A stretch of 32,000 bases of DNA from Candidatus Heimdallarchaeota archaeon (GCA_030614005.1 JAUWKS010000001.1:120001-152000); one strand, 5' to 3'. Positions 1 through 12,042 are shown, counted from the first letter of the stretch. Notes: a model not told the origin generated them from the letters alone. Made by a program: numbers and translations.

Positions 1-972
1 TTTGAGAAGACGATTGATCCGTAGCATATGTTCATTACTACCAGCATTACCTGTTCTCCATAATTTAGCCTCAGTCTCAAATAACAATTTCTCAAGCATC
101 TGATATTTGAGTGCTAATCCTAAACCATGACCTCTGTGGGCTCTTACTATTCCGGTATCACCTTGTCTTACAAGTGTAGGTTGATATTCACTAATGTAGG
201 AGTTAGTCAATCCAATAGGATCTCCTGATTCCTTGTGTATAGCCACAAAAGTCATTACGTAATCTCCCGTAAGATACCTTCTCTGATTCATTTTTTGAAC
301 TCTCTCAACTGACAATTTATAATCTTCAAAGGTAAGTTCTTCTCGAGGCATGTCATTCCATATTTCTTCCAGCATTTCAGCATATTTCTGAAAATCAATA
401 TGTAAAATATGCTCGAGAGCATCAATATAGATTATTTCATATCCTTTCTCATTGGCTTTTTCTCTTTGTGCTTTTGCTTCTTTTTTAACTTCATCTTGAT
501 TGAATTTTGTTAAATCTGAAATACTGAGTGTTTCTTTATATCCCTCCTTCACTCCTAAAGATTCAATGAAGCGAAGTCCATCTGTATCTTCGAAGGTTTC
601 AATATATAATCCTGTAATTTGATCTGGAAGATTTTCAATTGATTTAATGAATAATTGAGTACCAAATCCTTTTCTTCGATATTTTCTCGCAATATGAACC
701 CAAACATATCCCTTATCCAAATTATCATAATTAATATTCCAAGAACATTGACCATATCCAATAACTTCGTCTTCAGAATTAATAGCTAGTAAATAGCTGA
801 CTTTTTCTTCAGAAGACGAACCTAAAACCCAAACTCTTTTAAAATACCCTATTGAAGGAGGTTTAATTTTTAATATCTCTTGATTATTTATTTGCATTAG
901 CTTGAATAATTGTTCTAGATATTTCTTTGGAATTTCTTCTTTTGCTTTGGATATGATAGTTATTTGAGACAT
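1..972 (-). CDS. Tandem (two-domain) GNAT family N-acetyltransferase, 3' end truncated by the window edge
   Basis: Translated by hand and absent from the ORF track. ATG at 972, open for 324 codons to position 1 (MSQITIISKAKEE...). Two acetyl-CoA-binding motifs (HIARKYRRKGFG and GIVRAHRGHGLG) and a C-terminal TGNAGSNEHMLRIN. Confidence 0.9.
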   Translation of the reverse strand, partial: MSQITIISKAKEEIPKKYLEQLFKLMQINNQEILKIKPPSIGYFKRVWVLGSSSEEKVSYLLAINSEDEVIGYGQCSWNINYDNLDKGYVWVHIARKYRRKGFGTQLFIKSIENLPDQITGLYIETFEDTDGLRFIESLGVKEGYKETLSISDLTKFNQDEVKKEAKAQREKANEKGYEIIYIDALEHILHIDFQKYAEMLEEIWNDMPREELTFEDYKLSVERVQKMNQRRYLTGDYVMTFVAIHKESGDPIGLTNSYISEYQPTLVRQGDTGIVRAHRGHGLGLALKYQMLEKLLFETEAKLWRTGNAGSNEHMLRINRLLK

Positions 973-1156
973 TATATATCACTGATATTCATTACAAAAT
1001 AATCCATTTTTATTGTCTTTGATTATTTTGTTTACTACCTAAAAAAATAGTAATTATAAAGGATAGGTGTGAATGAAAACTAATAAAAGAATCATTTATC
1101 GTCAAAAAATTTTTGACAGATAACTTTTTTTACGATTATTCCTCAAATATGCTATT

Positions 1157-2614
1157 ATGTCCGACAGAATAATTTCCTTTGATATTCTTCGGGGATGGGC
1201 AATATTAGGAAATTTAATGATTCATACTTTTATGTTGGTTTCACAAATTGAAGGCATTGCGGAAACTGACCCAGCAAATTTACCTTGGTATGGTTTCATT
1301 TTCATGTCATTAGTTATTGTTTTTGGACATTGGCGTGGATTGTTTCTGCTAATTAGTGCAGCAATTCATATGTATATGATGCAAAAGAAATTCAAAAGTG
1401 GACTTTCTAGAGAAGTGATTCTGTTCCAAGAGATATTGAAAGGAATTGTTCTTTGGATTTGGGCAATGTTTTTCTATGTCTTCTTAGCTCAATGGCAAAT
1501 ATCAAAAAGTTGGGTTGAACAACAACCAATTCATCTTGAATGGCGTAAAATTTACCACGCAGATCAATTTGCAAACATTGCTTTTGCCATTATTCTTTCA
1601 GCGATAATATTCTATATTCTCTCCTCAAGTGAAAAGTTAAGAAAACCAGTAGTGAGTTCAATTGTTTTTGGATTGGTAGGATTAGCTTTTATTTTCCCTG
1701 CACAAGCAATTTATCAAGCGGCAAATAATTTCTGGGGTATTGATTTCCACAATGAACTTGGAGTTATTCCTGAATATTTACAAAATATTGGCGATAAAGG
1801 TTGGTGGGATTATATTGTTAGATTTTTTGCTAATCAAGCGACTGGAAGAGAGTCTCCCTTATTCCCGCACTTTGCTTATAGCGCTGTAGGATCCATATTT
1901 GGCATTTTTCTATCTCAAGGTATTCCTAATAAAAAGAAATTTCTCTCATGGGGTTTCGGTTTTGCTGGTTTTTGTATGGTTTTCTCAGTATTTTGGCTCT
2001 TTGTTGTAGAGAAAATACCCGAGGATCCATTTTCATTAGTAACCTTTCATGTGCATCCTACTTGGTTTACGTTCTTAACAATTGGAATGTTGCTAATGGT
2101 TGTATTAGGATTTCTAGCTCGTCATGAGTTCAATTCCAAAGTTAATTGGGAAAAGAGGTTGAAACAATCGCGCTTCAGCCGTAGAGTTGGTGTATTCTCT
2201 TTGACAGTTTATTCTTTAGCTTCTATTCAAGCAGTCCTTAGAGTATTATTGTATTATATCTTTCAGATATTCAGTTATGACCCCGGATTTAGAACACCTT
2301 TTGGATTAAATATCGGTTGGACAATATTTCTTATAGCACTCGAAATTTTGATGTGGTTCGGGATAACATGGGCATGGGAAAAAGGTCACTTCATTGGTTC
2401 AATAGATTGGTTATTTTCTTTAGCATTAAAAGCACCTTTTCAAATTAGAAAACAAAATAAGAAACCCATTTTCGGTGATTTCATGGATGTACAAGGGAAA
2501 GTTATCGAACCAACTCCGATATCTTGGGTTGAACCAGCAAAGGACATTGAAGTTATAGAGAAAGAAGAAGAATCAATACCTATTGAGGGTGTAGAAATTC
2601 AACCAGTGAGTTAA
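1157..2614 (+). CDS. Polytopic membrane protein, DUF1624/HGSNAT-like (membrane acyltransferase superfamily)
   Basis: N-terminal RIISFDILRGWAILGNLMIH matches the RxxxxDxxRGxAI...H motif. About 11-12 hydrophobic segments. Contains an FPLFP-like motif (SPLFPHF). Confidence 0.7.
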   Translation: MSDRIISFDILRGWAILGNLMIHTFMLVSQIEGIAETDPANLPWYGFIFMSLVIVFGHWRGLFLLISAAIHMYMMQKKFKSGLSREVILFQEILKGIVLWIWAMFFYVFLAQWQISKSWVEQQPIHLEWRKIYHADQFANIAFAIILSAIIFYILSSSEKLRKPVVSSIVFGLVGLAFIFPAQAIYQAANNFWGIDFHNELGVIPEYLQNIGDKGWWDYIVRFFANQATGRESPLFPHFAYSAVGSIFGIFLSQGIPNKKKFLSWGFGFAGFCMVFSVFWLFVVEKIPEDPFSLVTFHVHPTWFTFLTIGMLLMVVLGFLARHEFNSKVNWEKRLKQSRFSRRVGVFSLTVYSLASIQAVLRVLLYYIFQIFSYDPGFRTPFGLNIGWTIFLIALEILMWFGITWAWEKGHFIGSIDWLFSLALKAPFQIRKQNKKPIFGDFMDVQGKVIEPTPISWVEPAKDIEVIEKEEESIPIEGVEIQPVS

Positions 2615-2672
2615 ATCAAAATTACCTATGATGATTCAATACTTCATCTTTTTTGACTTATATTGGATTGAT

Positions 2673-2711
2673 AAAAAAAAAAGGGATAATTGTTCACCTG
2701 TAAAGGTGAAC
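2673..2711 (-). terminator. Putative terminator of the 2719-3390 gene
   Basis: Minus strand reads GTTCACCT-TTAC-AGGTGAAC (8-bp stem), then AATTATCCC and T10, just after the stop codon. Confidence 0.6.
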
Positions 2712-2718
2712 CTAGTTT

Positions 2719-3390
2719 CTAAAACACTAAGATGAATAAGAGAGCAGATACTGCGAGTATCAATGCTGCTGTTATCACTAACAAACTAAATTTGTCAACT
2801 TCACCGATAATCAAATTTTCATCATTTTTGAAATCGGCTCTAAGGACTGAAACCTTGTGAGAGATTTTCCTTTCTTCAAGTCTACCGGCCATTGCAGCTG
2901 CTAGAAGTGTAGCAACAGTCATAACTGATATAATTGTCTGATAATTATTAACAACAGTTTGCGCGTCACCAATCTTAAAGACAAAATTAGCTATTTTTCC
3001 ATTCTGAATGAAAAGTGGTATTTGAGTGATAATAAAAATATTCGTTCGTCGATCAAGTGTATAAATAGTATCTTCAGCAATTAGGAAATGAAATTCGACA
3101 TTCAATTCATCAGAGTAGTTAGTCTGTAGAAATTCCATTGTTGGGTTAGTAAAAAATGAAATCCCTGGTTCAGAATACCATTCAGAGTAAGTGTCAACTA
3201 AAAAGTCAACTAGAGTGGTTCGTAGAAATATTGAATGTTCTATCCAATCTGATCTATTGATAGCGTAGACATCATTTGTTGAAGATTCACCTATCTCATA
3301 TGTCAATTGCTCTGGATTATTAGAGAAATCAGTATCAATGTAAAACGAAAAAGTTTGGTCAGCTAATACATTGACATTACTTAGGTGCAT
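2719..3390 (-). CDS. Hypothetical protein with two C-terminal transmembrane segments
   Basis: 223-aa ORF with hydrophobic segments IISVMTVATLLAAAMAG and LLVITAALILAVSALLFILVF. No recognised family. The start is uncertain. Confidence 0.7.
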   Translation of the reverse strand: MHLSNVNVLADQTFSFYIDTDFSNNPEQLTYEIGESSTNDVYAINRSDWIEHSIFLRTTLVDFLVDTYSEWYSEPGISFFTNPTMEFLQTNYSDELNVEFHFLIAEDTIYTLDRRTNIFIITQIPLFIQNGKIANFVFKIGDAQTVVNNYQTIISVMTVATLLAAAMAGRLEERKISHKVSVLRADFKNDENLIIGEVDKFSLLVITAALILAVSALLFILVF

Positions 3391-3730
3391 TAGTATTAAT
3401 GCAGCGAAAGTACTATTTTGTTATATAAATCACTTTGGAAAATGGCAAAAGTTTTTTCATCGGGTTTTCTTTCTTCGTCTTTTCTTCTTTATACATCGTT
3501 TGTTGTATCTTCCGATATACATGAATGCTATAGCATTAAAACCCACGTAAGTTCCAATAACAGGACCAGATTCCTGTAATATCAGTTCTTTTCCTTTAGT
3601 ATTCTCTTTTGTATTACCAACAATGTAAACATTGTACCTTTTTAATTCTCTTTTTTTTTCTGGTGAATATTAATAAACAAATCATCTAAACTTAGTATAA
3701 TTGTAAATTTGCTTGATGGATTGATGTAGT

Positions 3731-4525
3731 TTGAAGATTGACTTAAAAGGAACGAAAAGTAATGGAGAAGAATTCGAAAAAGAAATAGACACAGAAATAG
3801 AAAAGATAGACCTTACTGATAATCAGTTATCTAGCATTGACTTATCACCACTTGCTGAGTGTTCCAGCTTACAAGTGCTTTATCTTAGAAAAAATCAGCT
3901 CACCTCTATAGATCTTTTGCCCCTCAAAAAGTGCACAAACATACAATACATCGCTCTTTCTTATAATCAACTCTCATCTATTGATTTGACACCACTTGCC
4001 AATTGTAAGGAATTAGAAGGACTAGAAATTTTTGGCAATCAGCTTTCATCTATTGACCTCTCACCCTTTGGATCTTGTTTGAACTTACGCTACCTCCATT
4101 TTCATAATAATCAGTTTACTTCTATCGACCTTTCCCCACTGAGTGCTTGCAAAAATCTACTCTGGTTCGATATTCATGAAAATCAACTCTCAACAATCGA
4201 TCTCACATCATTTGCTGAGTGCAAAGAATTAGAAGGGATCTCACTTTATGCCAATCAGCTCTCTTCCATCAACCTCTTGCCCCTCTCAAAGTGCACGAAA
4301 TTACAATCATTCTCCCTTGAAAATAATCGGTTCTCCTCGGTTGACTTGGCTCCACTAAGAGAATGTAAAGAATTGAAACATTTATTCATTAGTACAAGTG
4401 TTTCTATTGATTGGCAAAGTGCTCAATTGGACATAGATGGATTATCTGAAGGATTAAAACGCTATGCAAAGATGATTAATCAATCTTGGAAAAAATTCAC
4501 GAATGAAGAACAAGATAAAAATTGA
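3731..4525 (+). CDS. Leucine-rich repeat protein (24-aa LRRs)
   Basis: TTG start. Eight complete repeats of xxLxxLxLxxNQLSSIDLSPLxxC plus a partial ninth. Confidence 0.93.
   Translation: MKIDLKGTKSNGEEFEKEIDTEIEKIDLTDNQLSSIDLSPLAECSSLQVLYLRKNQLTSIDLLPLKKCTNIQYIALSYNQLSSIDLTPLANCKELEGLEIFGNQLSSIDLSPFGSCLNLRYLHFHNNQFTSIDLSPLSACKNLLWFDIHENQLSTIDLTSFAECKELEGISLYANQLSSINLLPLSKCTKLQSFSLENNRFSSVDLAPLRECKELKHLFISTSVSIDWQSAQLDIDGLSEGLKRYAKMINQSWKKFTNEEQDKN
3791..4366 (+). repeat. Eight tandem 72-bp coding repeats (LRR modules)
   Basis: Periodic aatca(g/a)ct...tctattgac motif. Near-identical DNA blocks at offsets of 216 and 360 bp, both multiples of 72. Confidence 0.9.
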
Positions 4526-4527
4526 TG

Positions 4528-4560
4528 AAAAAAAACGAGAGGGAGAGGATTTGTCCTCTC
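4528..4560. terminator. Hairpin downstream of the LRR gene; the U-tract is on the minus strand
   Basis: GAGAGGA-TTTG-TCCTCTC (4543-4560). The minus strand continues CCTCTCG-T8. Confidence 0.45.
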
Positions 4561-4853
4561 ATTTCTTGAGTTGATAAAATTAATTTTGCTTTCCAGATTA
4601 AGTGTTAGGTGTTACATCTTACATAATACTATGTTCAAGAAATTATTAAAGCATTTTAGAGAAATCATTCGATGTATCTAGTATTTTTATCTATATTAGT
4701 AGCAAATTTCTACTTGTTTCAAATATCTGAAAAGGTTATCCATTTATCAATTATAATCATTTGATTCAGATTTTTTACAAAATCATAATCTAAATAACTA
4801 ATCTTATTAGAAGCCAATTAATACTAAACCAATAATCAACTCAGGTGAATAAA

Positions 4854-5150
4854 ATGGTTAAAAAATTCAGTTATATTTATTCTCCCAATGAAAATGAAGA
4901 TACTTGTAAAACCTCTTTTGATTTTGATCTCATTGAAGAAGATGACGGAGAAATTTCTATTAGTAATTTAACAATAGATGGAGAAAAGGGTTGTATTGGT
5001 CAGAATACGATTATTCCAATTCTTGTTAAAAATCGCAAAATAGTTAACATTTCAATTGATGAATTAAAAGAAGCAGGTTGCCGAAGAGCTGTTTCCTGTG
5101 CTCAACAACTTGCAAAAGCAATTCAAAATATCATTCATGAACATGCTTGA
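4854..5150 (+). CDS. Stand-alone TSCPD-domain protein (TIGR03905-like, 4 Cys)
   Basis: Pattern YSP...C...DF...I.N...GC.G...LV...I..L..GC...SCAQQLAKAI parallels the family pattern C...GC.GN...C...TSCPDQLAKAL. The GTG at 4845 lies inside the AGGTGA SD, so ATG 4854 is the preferred start. Confidence 0.7.
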   Translation: MVKKFSYIYSPNENEDTCKTSFDFDLIEEDDGEISISNLTIDGEKGCIGQNTIIPILVKNRKIVNISIDELKEAGCRRAVSCAQQLAKAIQNIIHEHA

Positions 5151-5201
5151 CTCTATGAAAAAATATTTTTCGTTAGTTTACTAAAATGTGAGTGAATTCT
5201 A

Positions 5202-6077
5202 ATGTCTAACAATTGGAGATTGAAAAGTACAAGCATAACAACAATAATGCTTTTTGTCATTGTTGCTGTATGGGGAATTTTTGCTGCAGTGTTTGGTATG
5301 TTTGATTTGGAAATTTCGCAACTTATTGTTAATCAAAATTCCATTTGGGGGAATATTGGAGCAGAGTATGGTGAATTACCAGGCTTCTGTTTGATAATTA
5401 TTTCAATTAGTATTTTATTTGGAAGTTTATTTGATAACAAGCACAAACAAAAAATTCCATTCTATCTCCTTTTTGTGCTTTCTTTAGGACCACTCATCTA
5501 TTTCTTAATTATCCAAAATTATGATATAGCAAAATATCTCATTGCAATGGGAATTGGTCCGATATTTTTCGTGCCAATATTTTATCAAAAAGATCTGAAA
5601 AAATTTAGAAAAATTTCTTGGGTAATTCTTCTTTTAGCAATATTCAATCCATTATTCTTTGTTCAAATAATAAAATTACTTACTCAACGAATTAGATATA
5701 GAAATCTTTTAGATATTGGTTTTGATAATTACTCGAGATGGTATGCCTCTCTTGGACCTAGCACTGATTACAATAGCTTCCCATCAGGACATACGGCAAT
5801 GGGTTGGATGCTCTTGCCTTTAATCATTGCAGTCAAACAACTCAAGTGGAAGAACCCTTTGAAAATATTAGTAATAATAGGTGTTTTATTTGTAGGTATT
5901 TTTGTGGGGGTATCTAGAATAAAAGTTGGTGCTCATTTTGCATCTGATGTTTTATTTTCCACCTGTGCAGCATTTGTTTATACAATAATTCTCCACAAGT
6001 GGTTCTACTTATCAGAAGCAACTGATTCTCTAAAGGCAAACAATGAAGAAATTTCTGAGGAAGTTACAGTAGAATAA
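5202..6077 (+). CDS. PAP2 family membrane phosphatase
   Basis: Motif 2 SFPSGHT, motif 3 SRIKVGAHFASDV, motif 1 variant KLLTQRIRY (P to Y). Multiple TM helices. Confidence 0.9.
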   Translation: MSNNWRLKSTSITTIMLFVIVAVWGIFAAVFGMFDLEISQLIVNQNSIWGNIGAEYGELPGFCLIIISISILFGSLFDNKHKQKIPFYLLFVLSLGPLIYFLIIQNYDIAKYLIAMGIGPIFFVPIFYQKDLKKFRKISWVILLLAIFNPLFFVQIIKLLTQRIRYRNLLDIGFDNYSRWYASLGPSTDYNSFPSGHTAMGWMLLPLIIAVKQLKWKNPLKILVIIGVLFVGIFVGVSRIKVGAHFASDVLFSTCAAFVYTIILHKWFYLSEATDSLKANNEEISEEVTVE

Positions 6078-6183
6078 TGGGAATCGGTATTATTCTTAGT
6101 ACATTTCCAGATTAATCAGACAGAAATATTATAAAATAACTAAATTACTTCTATACTAAAATCTCATATGAGGATAAAGGCAA

Positions 6184-7947
6184 TTGGTTTCACAAAAAAA
6201 CGACTCAGATAAAGTCAAAAATACCAGGTGGGCAGCAATCTACCATCCAAAAATTCCACTTGAGATTGAAATTCCGAATAAGGATTTAGCAACATTATTT
6301 TTTGAAAATGTTCAACAAAATGCTGATCAACCATTTCTTATTTTTGAAGGCAAAACAAAAACCTATGGCCAAGTAAGAAAGGAAGTGATAAAATTAGCGA
6401 ATTCACTTCTGGAACTTGGTATTAAGAAAGGAGATTGCATTGGATTACTCATGCCAAATTGTCCTCAATTTATTATTAGTTATTTGAGTATTCTTTCCAT
6501 TGGAGGGATAACAAATGCCATTAGCCCTCTCTACACACCTACTGAAATTGAATTTCAATTGAAGGATAGTGAAACTGCAACTATTTTCACCTTAGATATG
6601 TTCCTGGATAAAATTAGACCAATTAAAAAAAGTGCTAATCTAAAACATGTAATAGTTACTTCTATTGCAGATGAATTAAAACCTCTTAAGGGGTTCTTTT
6701 ACAAAAATTTTCTTGCTCGCAAAAATCCCAAACCAAATGCTTCTGAATTAAGTTACAAAGAATTAGTATCTAATGGTTCAGAAAAAAGCATTGATGTAGA
6801 AATAGATGCAAAGAACGATTTGGCGACATTACAATACACCGGAGGAACAACAGGTCCATCAAAAGGAGCAATGCTTACTCATTATAATCTTCTTTCACAA
6901 GTAATTGCTGTAGACTATTGGATGGAATGGATTGGAGGTAAACTACCAGGGATTAAGGACCGAAGTCTAGGAGCAATCCCCTTTTCTCATAGTTTTGGTT
7001 TAACCACTTCTTTTCTGTGGCCAATATCCGTTGCTGGTTTGATAGTTCTTGTCCCTGATCCTCGTAAATTAGAAGATTTAATGAAATTTATTCAGAAGTA
7101 TAAAATTCACTTCTTTATGGGTGTACCAATTCTATATCAAAAGTTAGCTGAGCATCCAAAAGTAGAAAAATACAATTGGTCATCAATTAGAGGTTGTATT
7201 TCTGGTGGAAGCTCTTTACACAAGAGCACCTTAGATCTTTTTGAAGGAAAAACAAATGCATTATTGGTTGAGGGATATGGTTTAACTGAAGCCTCACCTG
7301 TAACTCATATCAACCCAGTTGATGAAAAATATAGGCGCATTGGTATTGGAATACCTATCCCAAATACTCTAGCAAAACTAATTGATCTTCAAACTGGTGA
7401 AGATATCCCTGATGAATTCAGCAAAGATGGATTTACTCGAGAAGGAGAATTATGCATTAAAGGTCCCCAAGTGATGAAGGGATATTGGAAACAACCACAA
7501 GAAACAGAGAAAGTGTTTACTTCGGATGGTTGGTTAAGAACTGGCGATGTCGCAAAAATGACTGAAATCGGTTTTTTCGTTATTGTTGATCGATTGAAAG
7601 ATTGCATCTTTACTTCTGGATACCAGGTTTGGCCTCTCGAAATTGAAGAGGTTTTATGCAAACATCCTGATATTTCCTTAGCAGCAGTTATTCCATTCAG
7701 GGATGAGCAATTGAATGATAAAGTTAAAGCGTTCCTTGTTCGTACCCCTGGTTCTTCAAAGTGTACACATGATGAGCTCCATGCATTTTGTAAGCAATAT
7801 TTAGCCCCTTATAAAATTCCTAAAGTCTTTGAGTATCGAGAAGAATTACCCGTAAGTCCCGTAGGAAAGATACTTAGAAGACCACTTAGAGAAGAGAGTA
7901 CAACTTCTTCAACTGCAGAAGGACATGTTGAAAAAATCACCTTGTGA
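6184..7947 (+). CDS. Long-chain fatty-acid--CoA ligase (FadD-like, ANL superfamily)
   Basis: LQYTGGTTGPSKG, EGYGLTE, GWLRTGD, IVDRLKD and PYKIPK...GKILRR motifs. Confidence 0.93.
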   Translation: MVSQKNDSDKVKNTRWAAIYHPKIPLEIEIPNKDLATLFFENVQQNADQPFLIFEGKTKTYGQVRKEVIKLANSLLELGIKKGDCIGLLMPNCPQFIISYLSILSIGGITNAISPLYTPTEIEFQLKDSETATIFTLDMFLDKIRPIKKSANLKHVIVTSIADELKPLKGFFYKNFLARKNPKPNASELSYKELVSNGSEKSIDVEIDAKNDLATLQYTGGTTGPSKGAMLTHYNLLSQVIAVDYWMEWIGGKLPGIKDRSLGAIPFSHSFGLTTSFLWPISVAGLIVLVPDPRKLEDLMKFIQKYKIHFFMGVPILYQKLAEHPKVEKYNWSSIRGCISGGSSLHKSTLDLFEGKTNALLVEGYGLTEASPVTHINPVDEKYRRIGIGIPIPNTLAKLIDLQTGEDIPDEFSKDGFTREGELCIKGPQVMKGYWKQPQETEKVFTSDGWLRTGDVAKMTEIGFFVIVDRLKDCIFTSGYQVWPLEIEEVLCKHPDISLAAVIPFRDEQLNDKVKAFLVRTPGSSKCTHDELHAFCKQYLAPYKIPKVFEYREELPVSPVGKILRRPLREESTTSSTAEGHVEKITL

Positions 7948-8001
7948 ACATTTTAAGGTAACTACAGATGGATTGAAAGAGAAAATAAATAGAGGGAGGA
8001 A

Positions 8002-8442
8002 TTAAATCCTCGAACCGCAGCTTGGACAGAAACTACCATCTGGTTTGAGTAATTCACCACATTGCTTACAGTATCTTGTTCCGGAACTATTGAAGTCCTC
8101 ATCTTCTGAATCAGCTTTGTAAATTTTCTCTCTGTCTTTATCATTAAGTTCGTTCTTTTCTATGCCTAATGTTTGCATACCGCTAACGACTTCTTGTTCT
8201 GAGAGTTCCTCTGCTGGGCGACCATAATGATTTTCTAATCTTTCTACATCTCGATCTTGCATTTTGTAAGCACAATGAGTACCAGAGAGTGCTAGAAGCA
8301 CTGCTCCACCAACTAACCATCGTCTTGCTCTTCTTCGACGATATCTTCTTTGGCGTCTTATAACATTTCTAGTTACCCGTCTAGCAATTCTTCCAGGTAT
8401 TCTTGGTCCTCTTATTCTTGGTCTGAAACCTCGTCTGGGCAT
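8002..8442 (-). CDS. Arg-rich hypothetical protein with a hydrophobic segment and a C-terminal zinc ribbon
   Basis: AGGTG SD upstream. 20 Arg in the first 41 residues, then WLVGGAVLLALSG, and C-terminal CKQC...CPSC. Confidence 0.8.
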   Translation of the reverse strand: MPRRGFRPRIRGPRIPGRIARRVTRNVIRRQRRYRRRRARRWLVGGAVLLALSGTHCAYKMQDRDVERLENHYGRPAEELSEQEVVSGMQTLGIEKNELNDKDREKIYKADSEDEDFNSSGTRYCKQCGELLKPDGSFCPSCGSRI

Positions 8443-8561
8443 TTTTGTTTTACACCTAAATTAATCTTAATTATTAAATCAAATTAATATAACTCGTTTA
8501 ACGATAAAAATGTTTAGAATCCAATATTCCTTTTTTTCTCCTTTTATGCTCTATTCTTTAA

Positions 8562-11828
<3,267 letters not shown>

Positions 11829-11830
11829 GC

Positions 11831-11989
11831 TTAATTATTTATTTTTGCTATTGCTTCATCAATATCTTTTATTTTAAGAGTGAAACTCTCTTTGCAATCT
11901 CTTAAATGTTTTAATTGTTCTTCTACACTTTTGTCAGTGTTTTCGCTACCGCATTTTACATTTTTCTTGTCTTTACATCCACAAGCCAT
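11831..11989 (-). CDS. Unannotated 52-aa protein: Cys-rich N terminus (MACGC) and coiled-coil C terminus (DUF5320-like pattern)
   Basis: MACGCKDKKNVKCGSENTDKSVEEQLKHLRDCKESFTLKIKDIDEAIAKINN. AAGGTGA SD 4 nt before the ATG. Fills the gap between lacZ and the divergent promoter. Confidence 0.75.
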   Translation of the reverse strand: MACGCKDKKNVKCGSENTDKSVEEQLKHLRDCKESFTLKIKDIDEAIAKINN

Positions 11990-11999
11990 AATATCACCT

Positions 12000-12041
12000 T
12001 ACTTTAGATTTTAAAGTATTATTACTTTAGTTATCAAAGTA
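12000..12041. promoter_or_regulatory. Two tandem palindromic operators, TACTTT-N7-AAAGTA
   Basis: 12000-12018 TACTTTagattttAAAGTA and 12023-12041 TACTTTagttatcAAAGTA, between the divergent small gene and the HxlR regulator. Confidence 0.65.
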
Positions 12042-12042
12042 G

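Noticed and set aside
555-761. 68-aa minus-strand ORF from the track
   Set aside because: It is an alternative frame inside the real tandem GNAT gene (1-972).
3391-3700. Possible frameshifted N-terminal extension (MKKLLPFSKVIY from ATG 3460) of the 2719-3390 gene, and a start-less 65-codon open frame
   Set aside because: No SD and no motif support. Low-complexity purine-rich DNA gives such frames by chance. Undecidable without homologs.
3791-4366. 72-bp periodic repeats as a possible CRISPR array or DGR target
   Set aside because: The repeats are in-frame LRR coding units, with no cas genes, reverse transcriptase or non-coding template repeat in the window.
5148-5204. TSCPD ORF is in frame with PAP2 across two TGA codons (possible Sec or read-through fusion)
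   Set aside because: It needs two read-throughs, the TGAs are not at Cys-homologous positions, no SECIS-like element was seen, and both proteins look complete.
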